Sequence record: OV876907
Source: Escherichia phage UGJNEcP3
Length of the DNA stretch: 64,000 nt
Strand: one strand, 5' to 3'
Both the position numbers and the translations under genes were made by a program. Shown in pieces: positions 8,801-17,558 of the stretch. A model generated the notes under the pieces. The model was not told where the DNA came from. It did not search any database and saw nothing but the letters and a program-made list of their open reading frames with translations. Position 1 is the stretch's first letter. Every line of letters begins with the position of its first letter.

Positions 8801-9007
8801 TTAGATTTCCTCAATGCGGGCATCATATTCAAAAACTTTATTGTCATTAACAAAGGCTTTCACCAGTGCATTATTCACTTCTGCATACTGCACTGTAACC
8901 CATTCAATCATTTTTTGGTCACTAACATCCAGCGCAGTTTCTTTGGTAAACATATTACCATTTTCAAACCAACCAATAAACACTACGATCTCTTTTAATT
9001 TCCACAT
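8801..9007 (-). CDS. dmd: Dmd-like antitoxin (inhibitor of RnlA/LsoA-type toxins)
   Basis: ...GWFENGNMFTKE...VQYAEVNNALVKAF... matches T4 Dmd (gene 61.5) as recalled; SD GAGGAAA. Confidence 0.6.
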   Translation of the reverse strand: MWKLKEIVVFIGWFENGNMFTKETALDVSDQKMIEWVTVQYAEVNNALVKAFVNDNKVFEYDARIEEI

Positions 9008-9325
9008 TTAGATTTCCTCACAGAAGGCCCATTCAGCATGATAAACCGTAGCGCCTTTAGTATCATTTAAACAAACCACATCTACCGGAGCAATTACACG
9101 ATAAAGACGGGGTTCTCCTCCCACTGAACGAGCTGCTCGTCCAGCATAAATCTTAGCCAAACCGATATCTTCAGTAAAGAACACACGATTTAGGTTTTTC
9201 TTACGACCGGTTTCAGACAGAACTCCTGTTTCCTCGGGAGGACAAAGCATATTACCGATATTAGCAACACTGCAACTTCCGTGATAATACACTTTATATT
9301 CTGTTTTACAGTCGATGGTTTTCAT
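9008..9325 (-). CDS. hypothetical protein (105 aa from second ATG)
   Basis: leader ATGGAGAACAAAATG: first ATG belongs to the conserved GGAG leader, second is the likely start. Confidence 0.45.
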   Translation of the reverse strand: MKTIDCKTEYKVYYHGSCSVANIGNMLCPPEETGVLSETGRKKNLNRVFFTEDIGLAKIYAGRAARSVGGEPRLYRVIAPVDVVCLNDTKGATVYHAEWAFCEEI

Positions 9326-9349
9326 TTTGTTCTCCAAGTTGATAGGTCT

Positions 9350-9378
9350 ATAGTATCATGCCTATAGGAGATGTAAAC
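9350..9378 (-). promoter_or_regulatory. promoter-like element GTTTAC-N17-TACTAT
   Basis: conserved module; follows the terminator after gene 41. Confidence 0.5.
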
Positions 9379-9385
9379 CCTTAAA

Positions 9386-9410
9386 ACAAAAAAAGGAGCC
9401 GAAGCTCCTT
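9386..9410 (-). terminator. intrinsic terminator after gene 41
   Basis: AAGGAGC-CGAA-GCTCCTT hairpin then U7 on minus strand. Confidence 0.6.
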
Positions 9411-10839
9411 AAAATTTGATAGATGCTGCTAAATCGTCCAAATCACTTCTATTAACACGCGTCTGTCGATTGACCTCGGCTTGTCGATTCATCTCACCTG
9501 TAGCCTCACGAACGGTGTTCACTGGACCCGGGTTGGAATCGTCTTCAACTTCATACCAACGTTGATTTCCTTTCTTAACACCAATCTTAAATTTGTTGTA
9601 GTAGCTCTTATCGCCATAACGAGATTTAAGCTGCTTAACCATCTGCATACCCATCTGGGCAAACTCTTCTGTCTCGACCACACCTAACATGAAGTCTGCA
9701 GTATGTGCAATACCAAAGGATTCAGCAATATCGGCCATATCGATTTCGGCTGCAACGTTCGCACCACGAGTAGTCTGGGCTGCAGTCCACAACAATAATT
9801 TCTTCTCTACTGCAAGTCCACGTAGTTCTTCGGCAACCATCTTAATCAATCCGTAACTGTTTTCAGAGAAAACTTTCGTACGAGACGATGCACAGATGGC
9901 CAAGTAGTCGACGATAACGACCTGTGGGACAAAGTTTTGTTTGAGCTTATATTCGTTTAATAATGCACGGAATGTATCGGCATTCGCACCACCAGTAGGA
10001 TACTGTTTAATCTTTAAACGACCTAAGGTAGCAGTTGAACGCCATTTATCCATCTTAGCTTTATATTCAGGCCATGAGACGTGACCATCATCGATATCGT
10101 CCAGTGACACGTCCAGAAGGTTGGCATCGATACGCTTAGCACATACTTCCTCTGCCATCTCCATGGAGATATAAAGAACATCGTATCCGGATTGAAGGTA
10201 ATCAGCAGCCAATGAACAAAGACCAAGAGACTTACCTACGTTTGTTCCTGCCAACAATACGTTTTCAGTACCAAACTCGGCACCACCCTTGGTAATCTTA
10301 TTCAGAATATTAAGACGGAATGGAACCTTACGTGCTTTATCGGAATAACTTTTGAATCGTTCTTCATAGTCATCCATCCAGTCATGACCTAATTCAGAAT
10401 CGAAACAAATCGATAATGCATCACGCATGATATCCGGAATAGCACCAATACCTGGAAGTTTTCTATTTTGTTGCTCAACCGGAAGGTCGGCATTAGTTTG
10501 GATTTCAATGATTTTTGAAGTTGCATTATACATCGCTGCTTTCTGAACGTATTTCTCCGTCTCTTTAACCAACCATTCTTGGTCTTCAGGTCCGGCATTC
10601 AGCGAACTTAAAAGCTCTTTAGCGCCTTGGTGTTCAACTTCTGAAAGCGTACTGTTATCTAACGCAATACTCAATGCATTCTTAGAAGGCACTGCATTAT
10701 ATTCATTGACATGTTTTTTAATTTCTTTGAAAAGGGTCTTTGCAGGACCCTGGTCAAAATATGAATCATTCATATAAGGCCAAACCTTAGTGAAATAATC
10801 ACTATTGCCTAGCAGTTGAGCCAAAATAGTTTCTACCAC
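9409..10839 (-). CDS. 41: replicative DNA helicase (gene 41, DnaB-like)
   Basis: Walker A AGTNVGKS; strong match to T4 gp41 over full length as recalled; likely GTG start at 10839 (SD GAGG 8 nt upstream); track start 10848 is an alternative. Confidence 0.85.
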   Translation of the reverse strand: MVETILAQLLGNSDYFTKVWPYMNDSYFDQGPAKTLFKEIKKHVNEYNAVPSKNALSIALDNSTLSEVEHQGAKELLSSLNAGPEDQEWLVKETEKYVQKAAMYNATSKIIEIQTNADLPVEQQNRKLPGIGAIPDIMRDALSICFDSELGHDWMDDYEERFKSYSDKARKVPFRLNILNKITKGGAEFGTENVLLAGTNVGKSLGLCSLAADYLQSGYDVLYISMEMAEEVCAKRIDANLLDVSLDDIDDGHVSWPEYKAKMDKWRSTATLGRLKIKQYPTGGANADTFRALLNEYKLKQNFVPQVVIVDYLAICASSRTKVFSENSYGLIKMVAEELRGLAVEKKLLLWTAAQTTRGANVAAEIDMADIAESFGIAHTADFMLGVVETEEFAQMGMQMVKQLKSRYGDKSYYNKFKIGVKKGNQRWYEVEDDSNPGPVNTVREATGEMNRQAEVNRQTRVNRSDLDDLAASIKF

Positions 10840-11162
10840 TTCCACCACCTCTTAGATTTAATTTTATCCAGTTCTTCTTGTATTTGCATTGTAACACATT
10901 TTTCTACATGAAGCGCTAGCTCTTCTTTTCGGTCTTCGGAAGGTGTTCCGAAATCAACCGACACTTTTCCATCTTTCTCAATAACAATATTCATCACATA
11001 AACGATGTGAGCAGTGCCATCGGGTAAAGTAAGCATAATTTCCTGCTTAACAGAACCCATTGACTTACGGATTATATCTAATGATTTCTCATAATAACGA
11101 GGGTCACTAGGACCCTCTTCGGTATCTTTAACAAAATTATCTAAATCAGATAAATCAGTCAT
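10833..11162 (-). CDS. 40: gene 40-like head-assembly protein
   Basis: 109 aa in the position between uvsX and 41. Confidence 0.5.
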   Translation of the reverse strand: MTDLSDLDNFVKDTEEGPSDPRYYEKSLDIIRKSMGSVKQEIMLTLPDGTAHIVYVMNIVIEKDGKVSVDFGTPSEDRKEELALHVEKCVTMQIQEELDKIKSKRWWKW

Positions 11163-12327
11163 CTAAATCCATCTCTTCTAAATCGTTTTCGATATCAGCA
11201 GCGCTTTGGGTATTTCCACCTAATTTAACAGCAACGTTCTTAGAGACGCGAGAGTTAATAAGGTCGTTAACCGCATCGTCAACTTCTTTAATAGAATTAA
11301 TTGCACCGAGCTTATACTTATTCTCGATTGCTTCACGGAACGGAGCATGTTTAAACAGCGGTCCCCAGAACTCAACGCAATCGGTAGCTTTAGCACGCCA
11401 TGCTTTTTCTTCTTGAACCATTTCACCTGTGGTTTCGTCAAGGAATGCACGATTATACCAGCCAGCTTTAGGTTTCACGACAAAGCCGATATCAGTAGCC
11501 ATTTCAAGCAATCCACTGAATGGGTCGATACCACCTTCGAAGTTAACGGTGATAGGGAACGTTGATTTCTCTTTAACCGTACGAGATTTCTCGGCCTTCA
11601 GTGTGAAGTCATAACCTGTGAGCTCGGTACCATCTTTAACCTGACGTTTAGAGATAAAGAATACGGTAGAAGCAGAGTACAGAATACCAGTACCACCACC
11701 CATAATCTCTTTAGGATACATTCCACCAATTTCCATAGCCGTGTGGTTAATTGCTACACAAGGAATATCCTTGATGGTCAGATAAGGCGTTACGATACGG
11801 AACAGAGATTTCAGTGACTTAGCACGAGTCATATCACCTACAACTTTCTCGTTCAAAGCATCTTCGGTTTCTTTCTTAGAAGCAGTGTTACCAATAGAGT
11901 CGATAAAGATAATAACCTTTTCGCCACGAGTAATTTCTTCTAACTGGTTGGTCATATCAACTTTAAGCTGTTCGACTGACTGGATTGGGGTATGAACCAC
12001 ACGTTCCAAATCAACACCCATCGAACGGAAATAAGATTCTGAAGCACCAAACTCAGAGTCATAGAACAAACAAATTGCGTCTGGATATTTCTTCATATAT
12101 GCCGCAACCATGGTAAGTCCAAACAACGTTTTAAAGTGCTTAGATGGAGCAGCAAAGATTGTCAAACCTGATTGTAAGCCTGCATTCAACGCACCACCCA
12201 ATGCAATATTCAGCATAGGGATACGAGTAGGAACTTCGTCACGACCATTAAACAATTTAGATTTGGTCAGGTCGGCAGTCATTTTAGAAGTAGAAGCTTT
12301 AATCAAACGGGATTTTAAATCAGACAT
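11155..12327 (-). CDS. uvsX: recombinase UvsX (RecA/Rad51 family)
   Basis: 390 aa; RecA-like core; position 41-40-uvsX as in T4. Confidence 0.85.
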   Translation of the reverse strand: MSDLKSRLIKASTSKMTADLTKSKLFNGRDEVPTRIPMLNIALGGALNAGLQSGLTIFAAPSKHFKTLFGLTMVAAYMKKYPDAICLFYDSEFGASESYFRSMGVDLERVVHTPIQSVEQLKVDMTNQLEEITRGEKVIIFIDSIGNTASKKETEDALNEKVVGDMTRAKSLKSLFRIVTPYLTIKDIPCVAINHTAMEIGGMYPKEIMGGGTGILYSASTVFFISKRQVKDGTELTGYDFTLKAEKSRTVKEKSTFPITVNFEGGIDPFSGLLEMATDIGFVVKPKAGWYNRAFLDETTGEMVQEEKAWRAKATDCVEFWGPLFKHAPFREAIENKYKLGAINSIKEVDDAVNDLINSRVSKNVAVKLGGNTQSAADIENDLEEMDLDD

Positions 12328-12404
12328 TATATTTTTCCATAGGCATCATTATATTTTACTCACGTTTTAAGATAGGGTAATTATATCACTTCACATTTAC
12401 AGCG

Positions 12405-13298
12405 TTAAAGGACCACGTCCTCATAACTTGGCATTTCGTGCTCAGAATGGATATGGGCACCGAAATAAATGAATTCAGCTAGACCAGGATGGAATACTAA
12501 ACCAGGATTCTCGTGATAAATGATATGAGGTCTTGATTTCAGAATCTGATAATATTCAACCTTACTAGGTTTGAATTTAATAATCTCTACATCAGGACGA
12601 TAGTCTTCACGTTTAAATGAATCATTCGGGTCGGTGATATAAAGGCGAGAACCTTCAGCTGCAGCTTGGTCTACAACTCTTTCGAATTGATAACATTTAT
12701 CAGAGATACGGAATGGATGGAAAATACCATCAATTTTAATAGGCGCTAGACCTTCAGAGTAACGCTCAATTACTGCGGGATTAATTACCTTTTGGTCTAC
12801 AAAAATCTTATCAGAGGACGCACCTCGTGACACCAGGACGTCTTTCTGGCATTGATTCAGGACTGTAGTATAAATCGAACGTTCAACTGAGGACACGTCG
12901 GTATCAATAAACTCGTCGATATAATAACGAGGAACTTCAGGGTCCATTGTAATGTTAAAGTTGAATTGTACAGTCTGAGTGCCATCATAACCTGTGATAT
13001 CGGTTACTAATCCTGAGCAGTCATAGTATTCGATTAACGAATCAACAACGAACTCGTTTTCAGACCAAAAATGTTTACGAGTTTCATAAGCATTTTCTTT
13101 ATACCAAAGCGGTACAAAATTCAGTTCAGGAAATAATTCAATGCATTCTTTGATATCGCTCGAATTTCTAGGATAAGCCAGATAATCACCTGGGCAAGCA
13201 CGGTTTAAATGGAGTTGAAAATTACCGTCCTTAAGGACGGCATATTCACCTGTTTCGTAACTACGCATACTGAAAATAGGAACGATAAACAGACTCAT
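12405..13298 (-). CDS. hypothetical protein in the beta-glucosyltransferase slot; candidate DNA-base transferase
   Basis: 297 aa; sits where T4 beta-gt lies (between uvsX and 42); no resemblance to T4 beta-gt seen by eye; ATGA overlap with gene 42 homolog. Confidence 0.5.
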   Translation of the reverse strand: MSLFIVPIFSMRSYETGEYAVLKDGNFQLHLNRACPGDYLAYPRNSSDIKECIELFPELNFVPLWYKENAYETRKHFWSENEFVVDSLIEYYDCSGLVTDITGYDGTQTVQFNFNITMDPEVPRYYIDEFIDTDVSSVERSIYTTVLNQCQKDVLVSRGASSDKIFVDQKVINPAVIERYSEGLAPIKIDGIFHPFRISDKCYQFERVVDQAAAEGSRLYITDPNDSFKREDYRPDVEIIKFKPSKVEYYQILKSRPHIIYHENPGLVFHPGLAEFIYFGAHIHSEHEMPSYEDVVL

Positions 13299-13993
13299 TT
13301 CAGGAATCCTCGAACATAGTCAAAATCACGTTCAAATACATGTGCACTAACCATAGTATGGGAATACGTACCCAGACCAACACCACACTGTTCAGCAATA
13401 AAGGCCATCAGTTTACCCTGCAGATAGAAATCCAGCTGCATAACGATAGCACAGTTCTGTGAACGCATATGAGTGTGTGCATACAGACGTCCATCACGAA
13501 TATAATATGTCACCGAATCGGTACAAGGATATTCTAAGGATTCGTCAGAATCAAGGAGGGCTTGGTCTTGTTCTTGGAGAATCTGGAACACAACTCTTCT
13601 TGAGTTAGGCTTCTCTTTAAGCTCTTTAAGTAAGGCTGGGAGTTGGGCCACAATTCGAGGTCCATAGAAAGTGTTGAAGTTTGCAGGCAATACGTCACTT
13701 TTCGGCTTATCAATGAACTTAGCAACATTAGGGTATTCCTTAAATGCTTCGGCGGCGTCAGTACCACCGGAAATCATAAACTTCCAGAAAGATTCGGCAT
13801 AATCATAGTTGATACGATTAATACGAGGGTCGGTGAATTTATAGGTGCTTGCATCCAGAACTTCAACTGAAGCCGAACCAATTTCATAACAACGACCGAT
13901 ACGAGAATCAACTGCAAACTGTGGAGCTTCCAGGATTTCTTCGTTCATTTGTTTAAATGCATTTTCAAAACTAACAGCGGTAATGTGTTTCAT
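13295..13993 (-). CDS. 42: deoxynucleotide hydroxymethylase (gene 42-like, thymidylate-synthase fold), divergent
   Basis: PNSRRVVFQ, PCTDSVTYYIRD (catalytic Cys), MRSQN...LD motifs; far more divergent from T4 than flanking core genes. Confidence 0.7.
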   Translation of the reverse strand: MKHITAVSFENAFKQMNEEILEAPQFAVDSRIGRCYEIGSASVEVLDASTYKFTDPRINRINYDYAESFWKFMISGGTDAAEAFKEYPNVAKFIDKPKSDVLPANFNTFYGPRIVAQLPALLKELKEKPNSRRVVFQILQEQDQALLDSDESLEYPCTDSVTYYIRDGRLYAHTHMRSQNCAIVMQLDFYLQGKLMAFIAEQCGVGLGTYSHTMVSAHVFERDFDYVRGFLK

Positions 13994-14526
13994 TTATTCA
14001 CCTCATAATTAATGTATTCATTAAGACGTTTTAATTCTACCATATCGACGTTAAGCAAGTTATTATGGCCGTCGTGATTTAAGATTTTAAACACGTTTTC
14101 AAAACATGTTTCATATTGGCGGATAGTTAGGTTGAACTCATCTTTAGTCAGTTTAATGAGGTCATCTTCAAAGTCTTTATCCAACGGATTACGGGTTAAA
14201 ATAACCTCAATGATATTGAATTCTTTTTTGAAATCAATCCAATCTGCTAGTTCTACATAAGGGTCCATTTCACCACGAAGGAATCCCGAGTAAACAATAT
14301 TACTAGGATAACCACGGTCTAGGATGTAAACGAAATTAGGGTCTAAAAACTTATACAACGTCTCGACTAAAGCCTTGTCATTATCAGTTCCTAACGAAAT
14401 ACATTTACCATTAATCTTTTTAGGAAAATCAATAAGACGATATTTCTTATCAGATAAAAGGGTTTCGATTAAAGTAGACTTCCCGGAATTATCCGGGCCG
14501 TCTATAACAATGATTTTTGGATTCAT
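13990..14526 (-). CDS. P-loop kinase (nucleotide/nucleoside-kinase-like)
   Basis: Walker A VIDGPDNSGKSTL near N-terminus; later DRGY motif; 178 aa. Confidence 0.55.
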   Translation of the reverse strand: MNPKIIVIDGPDNSGKSTLIETLLSDKKYRLIDFPKKINGKCISLGTDNDKALVETLYKFLDPNFVYILDRGYPSNIVYSGFLRGEMDPYVELADWIDFKKEFNIIEVILTRNPLDKDFEDDLIKLTKDEFNLTIRQYETCFENVFKILNHDGHNNLLNVDMVELKRLNEYINYEVNK

Positions 14527-14897
14527 GGATGATAGGCCTTATAACTATCAAGAGTTCCTTCGCGAACCATTTCTTTAAAGTGGTCAGGACGAATTGCTCG
14601 GTCATCGATGATAAAAGTATAACTCGGCTTGTGTGTAAGCAAATTGTGATATTTCAATCCAATTTTTTCAAGGTTCTTAACCAATGCAGGAACTACTTCA
14701 ACCAAGATTCGGCCTGGGCCGCATGAAGTCATACCACGGGCAGTGAACAATGTAATCTCATGACCTTCATCGTACAGCTTATTAATCATGGACACCATTT
14801 CGGTGTCCGGTTTAAAGTTTTCATAATCACGGTCATCTTGCCAGTGAGTAATGGTATTATCGATGTCAAAGCACAAATGCATTAAATTTTCTTCCAT
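14523..14897 (-). CDS. HAD-superfamily phosphatase-like protein
   Basis: N-terminal motif I LCFDIDNTIT (DxDxT); 124 aa. Confidence 0.5.
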   Translation of the reverse strand: MEENLMHLCFDIDNTITHWQDDRDYENFKPDTEMVSMINKLYDEGHEITLFTARGMTSCGPGRILVEVVPALVKNLEKIGLKYHNLLTHKPSYTFIIDDRAIRPDHFKEMVREGTLDSYKAYHP

Positions 14898-16555
14898 TGT
14901 TTGTGGAGTTCAGTAGAACCTGTAGGTTTATATTTTACACCAGTTTCCTGGTCAAGCAAAACCCACTTATCAGGGCATCGAGTGATAATTTGGGCCGTAA
15001 TAGGGTCACGAACTTCATCGACAAATTCACCTGTAATAAGCTTACGCTTACGAGGATGCCGCTTCAGCAGCACACTCAGTTGATATAGACCGTTGTAATA
15101 AGCGCCCAGAGCTTTCAGAGGGTTATTTTTAAAGTAACCTGCCAACGCCATCCAGATAACAGCAATCCAGAGCTTGTGCTTAAATGTACACATTGGAATA
15201 TCATCTAAAGGCATAACCTTTTCAATATCAACGAATACTCGAGTTCCATTACGAGTTAAGCCACCCCATAGAGGGTCAGAGTTAAATTTGTCATAACCAT
15301 CGATAGAATAAAGCACCTTAGCTTCATCATAAATCGCAGGGCCTTTAGAACTATTACCAAAATAACCGCGTGGGTCGATGATTTTAATATCACCTTCGTC
15401 CGACAGCATAATATTACTGTAGTGCGGGTCGCCGTGAATAAGTTGGTACGGTTCTTTATGTTCAGACAGAATTTCTAGTGCATGACGAAGAAGTTTTTCT
15501 GGGTCGCCTACCTTAAAGTCATTGACATGGGTAATGCCCTGTGGAGCAAAGCCTTCAATCAATCCAGCAATAGAAGCATTACGAATAAGGACCTTGTCCA
15601 ATACTTCTTTCTTAACATCGGAATACCATTGCTCATCGGATGGATTATCGATAGTTCCACCAAATGAACGTAATGCACTAATGACCTTATAAACCATGAG
15701 GACTTTAGTTTCTTTAGACATAAACCGATAGGCATCTGCCATGGTGCGACCAAAGATACGTTCCATTTTAATGAATTCACCTGGAGCAAAGTCTACAATG
15801 CTCGGAACAAATTCAGAATCAATAGAATTATACCAATTGATTTCTTTAGATTGGATTTCTTTACCTAATTCGTTGGTAGGTACTTTAATAGCCAGATTCT
15901 CAGTGAACTCTAATTTATTAAATTCACGGTTAATTTCAGAATCTTCATGGGCCTTAGCCAGTTTCAATTTGTCACCGACATCAACTACAAAGTCCAGCTT
16001 ACGTTCGGTCAAATGGACCATCGAATCTAGGTTATCAGCAAGGTCTTCGCCATAATTAGAACGGTTGAAGCCTGTCCAATTAGCCACCTGATACAAACCA
16101 ACCACACCACCGCCAGTACCAATTTCACGCAAGTACGGTTCTTCAAATGTAAAACGACAGTCAGTCCCGTAGGTATAGCAATAGTCGTTATCCCACTCAA
16201 CTTTATGACCCTCAGGAATGATGTCACACCAGTTAAACAAGACGTTATGGCCAATGATATCTTCAGCAATGCAATCGATAGCATGAGCTGAACCATTAGC
16301 CACATCTACGTTACGAATAGTGAATTTAGGCTTATCACTATTAATCATGTTAATGGATTTAATATAGCCTTTAACGAGGTCGTTAAATTTGCTGTGAATA
16401 ACCAGAATAATTTCATCTGATTGGTTACTATACAAATCATACAAATGTTTTAATACAGTATGTTGTTTGTAGTTAACCAATACCTTCGGGATTTCGTTAG
16501 TAATTGGATACAACCGTGAGCCAAGACCCGCGCCTAAAATAACAACCTTTTTCAT
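14882..16555 (-). CDS. bifunctional nucleotidyltransferase / APH-family (sugar- or choline-type) kinase
   Basis: N-terminal VILGAGLGSRLYPIT...PK (NDP-sugar pyrophosphorylase signature); C-terminal LIHGDPHYSNIML and IIDPRG (Brenner phosphotransferase motif); ATG 16555 with SD GAGGAA. Confidence 0.65.
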   Translation of the reverse strand: MKKVVILGAGLGSRLYPITNEIPKVLVNYKQHTVLKHLYDLYSNQSDEIILVIHSKFNDLVKGYIKSINMINSDKPKFTIRNVDVANGSAHAIDCIAEDIIGHNVLFNWCDIIPEGHKVEWDNDYCYTYGTDCRFTFEEPYLREIGTGGGVVGLYQVANWTGFNRSNYGEDLADNLDSMVHLTERKLDFVVDVGDKLKLAKAHEDSEINREFNKLEFTENLAIKVPTNELGKEIQSKEINWYNSIDSEFVPSIVDFAPGEFIKMERIFGRTMADAYRFMSKETKVLMVYKVISALRSFGGTIDNPSDEQWYSDVKKEVLDKVLIRNASIAGLIEGFAPQGITHVNDFKVGDPEKLLRHALEILSEHKEPYQLIHGDPHYSNIMLSDEGDIKIIDPRGYFGNSSKGPAIYDEAKVLYSIDGYDKFNSDPLWGGLTRNGTRVFVDIEKVMPLDDIPMCTFKHKLWIAVIWMALAGYFKNNPLKALGAYYNGLYQLSVLLKRHPRKRKLITGEFVDEVRDPITAQIITRCPDKWVLLDQETGVKYKPTGSTELHKQWKKI

Positions 16556-16615
16556 TATCTGTTCCTCAAGTGAATGTAGGTACATTATACACTATTTTTA
16601 ATAAATTGGTATTGC

Positions 16616-17116
16616 TTAAATCTTATCTTTACCGATTTCAATACACTGTTCTATTGCCGCCGGTACTTTGGTCTTGAGCTTATCGATTTGTTTCTTATAA
16701 TCACGAGCTTTACCGAAGCTCTCGGTTTCGAGCATTTCGTAATAACGAGCCTCGTGGATGGAAATCTGTAGATTGATATGGTTTACGCACATCGCATACA
16801 GTTTCTGCTTTTTGTACAAATCATCTTGGCGCTTCATTTCTGCCTGGTGTTTGGCTAGTACCGCTTCACGCTTAGACTCTTGTTCACGTTGGAATTCGAT
16901 TTCCCTTTGAGCATATTTTGCACAGTTATTACCACATTGATTATTAGCTCGGGTATACACAAGTCCAGAACCGGCACGGAATTTCATTTCGCCATCGAAT
17001 TGTTTCTGTTCAGCTGCGATACGAGCTTTACCAACTTCATCGGCTGAAACTGCATCACCATATTGGACCGCACAACCTGATAGGAGCATACTCATTGCGA
17101 TAATTAACTTTTTCAT
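16616..17116 (-). CDS. lipoprotein (signal MKKLIIAMSMLLSGC)
   Basis: lipobox LSGC; coiled-coil-rich mature part. Confidence 0.5.
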   Translation of the reverse strand: MKKLIIAMSMLLSGCAVQYGDAVSADEVGKARIAAEQKQFDGEMKFRAGSGLVYTRANNQCGNNCAKYAQREIEFQREQESKREAVLAKHQAEMKRQDDLYKKQKLYAMCVNHINLQISIHEARYYEMLETESFGKARDYKKQIDKLKTKVPAAIEQCIEIGKDKI

Positions 17117-17123
17117 AATATCC

Positions 17124-17261
17124 TCAATTAAAACAGTTATACTTAATTTGTGCTATAAGAATAATCCATCCTATGATTAATGTCGGAATCATTGGCGGAA
17201 TTGCCACTGCCCAATAAACGGTAAAGGCAGCCATTATAAGAAATAAAATAATTATCTTCAT
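17124..17261 (-). CDS. small hydrophobic protein (45 aa)
   Basis: ATGA overlap with imm stop; below ORF-track cut-off. Confidence 0.25.
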   Translation of the reverse strand: MKIIILFLIMAAFTVYWAVAIPPMIPTLIIGWIILIAQIKYNCFN

Positions 17262-17494
17262 TGTTTAACGATAATGATTTGTGCGGTTGATTTACGTTCA
17301 GCGACGATAGCCCAGATTAAAGCCACTACCCAACCAATCATCGTCCATCCTAACAGGAGATTAAGGAAGAAGATTCCGACATTGTTACGAGTGCCTCGCA
17401 GAAGAGCTAGAATCCATGGTAAGAAGTAAGCGATGAACATCATAACCAGAGAACCGAATCCTAAAACACCAGCACTAACGATTAAAGCTTCCAT
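17258..17494 (-). CDS. imm: superinfection immunity protein Imm
   Basis: 78 aa two-TM protein with ...FFLNLLLGWTMIGWVVALIWA... motif; position next to gene 43. Confidence 0.6.
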   Translation of the reverse strand: MEALIVSAGVLGFGSLVMMFIAYFLPWILALLRGTRNNVGIFFLNLLLGWTMIGWVVALIWAIVAERKSTAQIIIVKQ

Positions 17495-17526
17495 TGTAAT
17501 TTCCTCTTAAGTAGTTGTTAGGAAGG

Positions 17527-17556
17527 ATAATACCACGTTCCATGTGGTATGTAAAC
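17527..17556 (-). promoter_or_regulatory. promoter-like element GTTTAC-N18-TATTAT
   Basis: upstream of imm. Confidence 0.45.
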
Positions 17557-17558
17557 AC

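Noticed and set aside
16595-16615. MotA-box-like TGCTTAA on the plus strand near 16603
   Set aside because: No suitably spaced -10 and it would drive antisense transcription; likely chance match.
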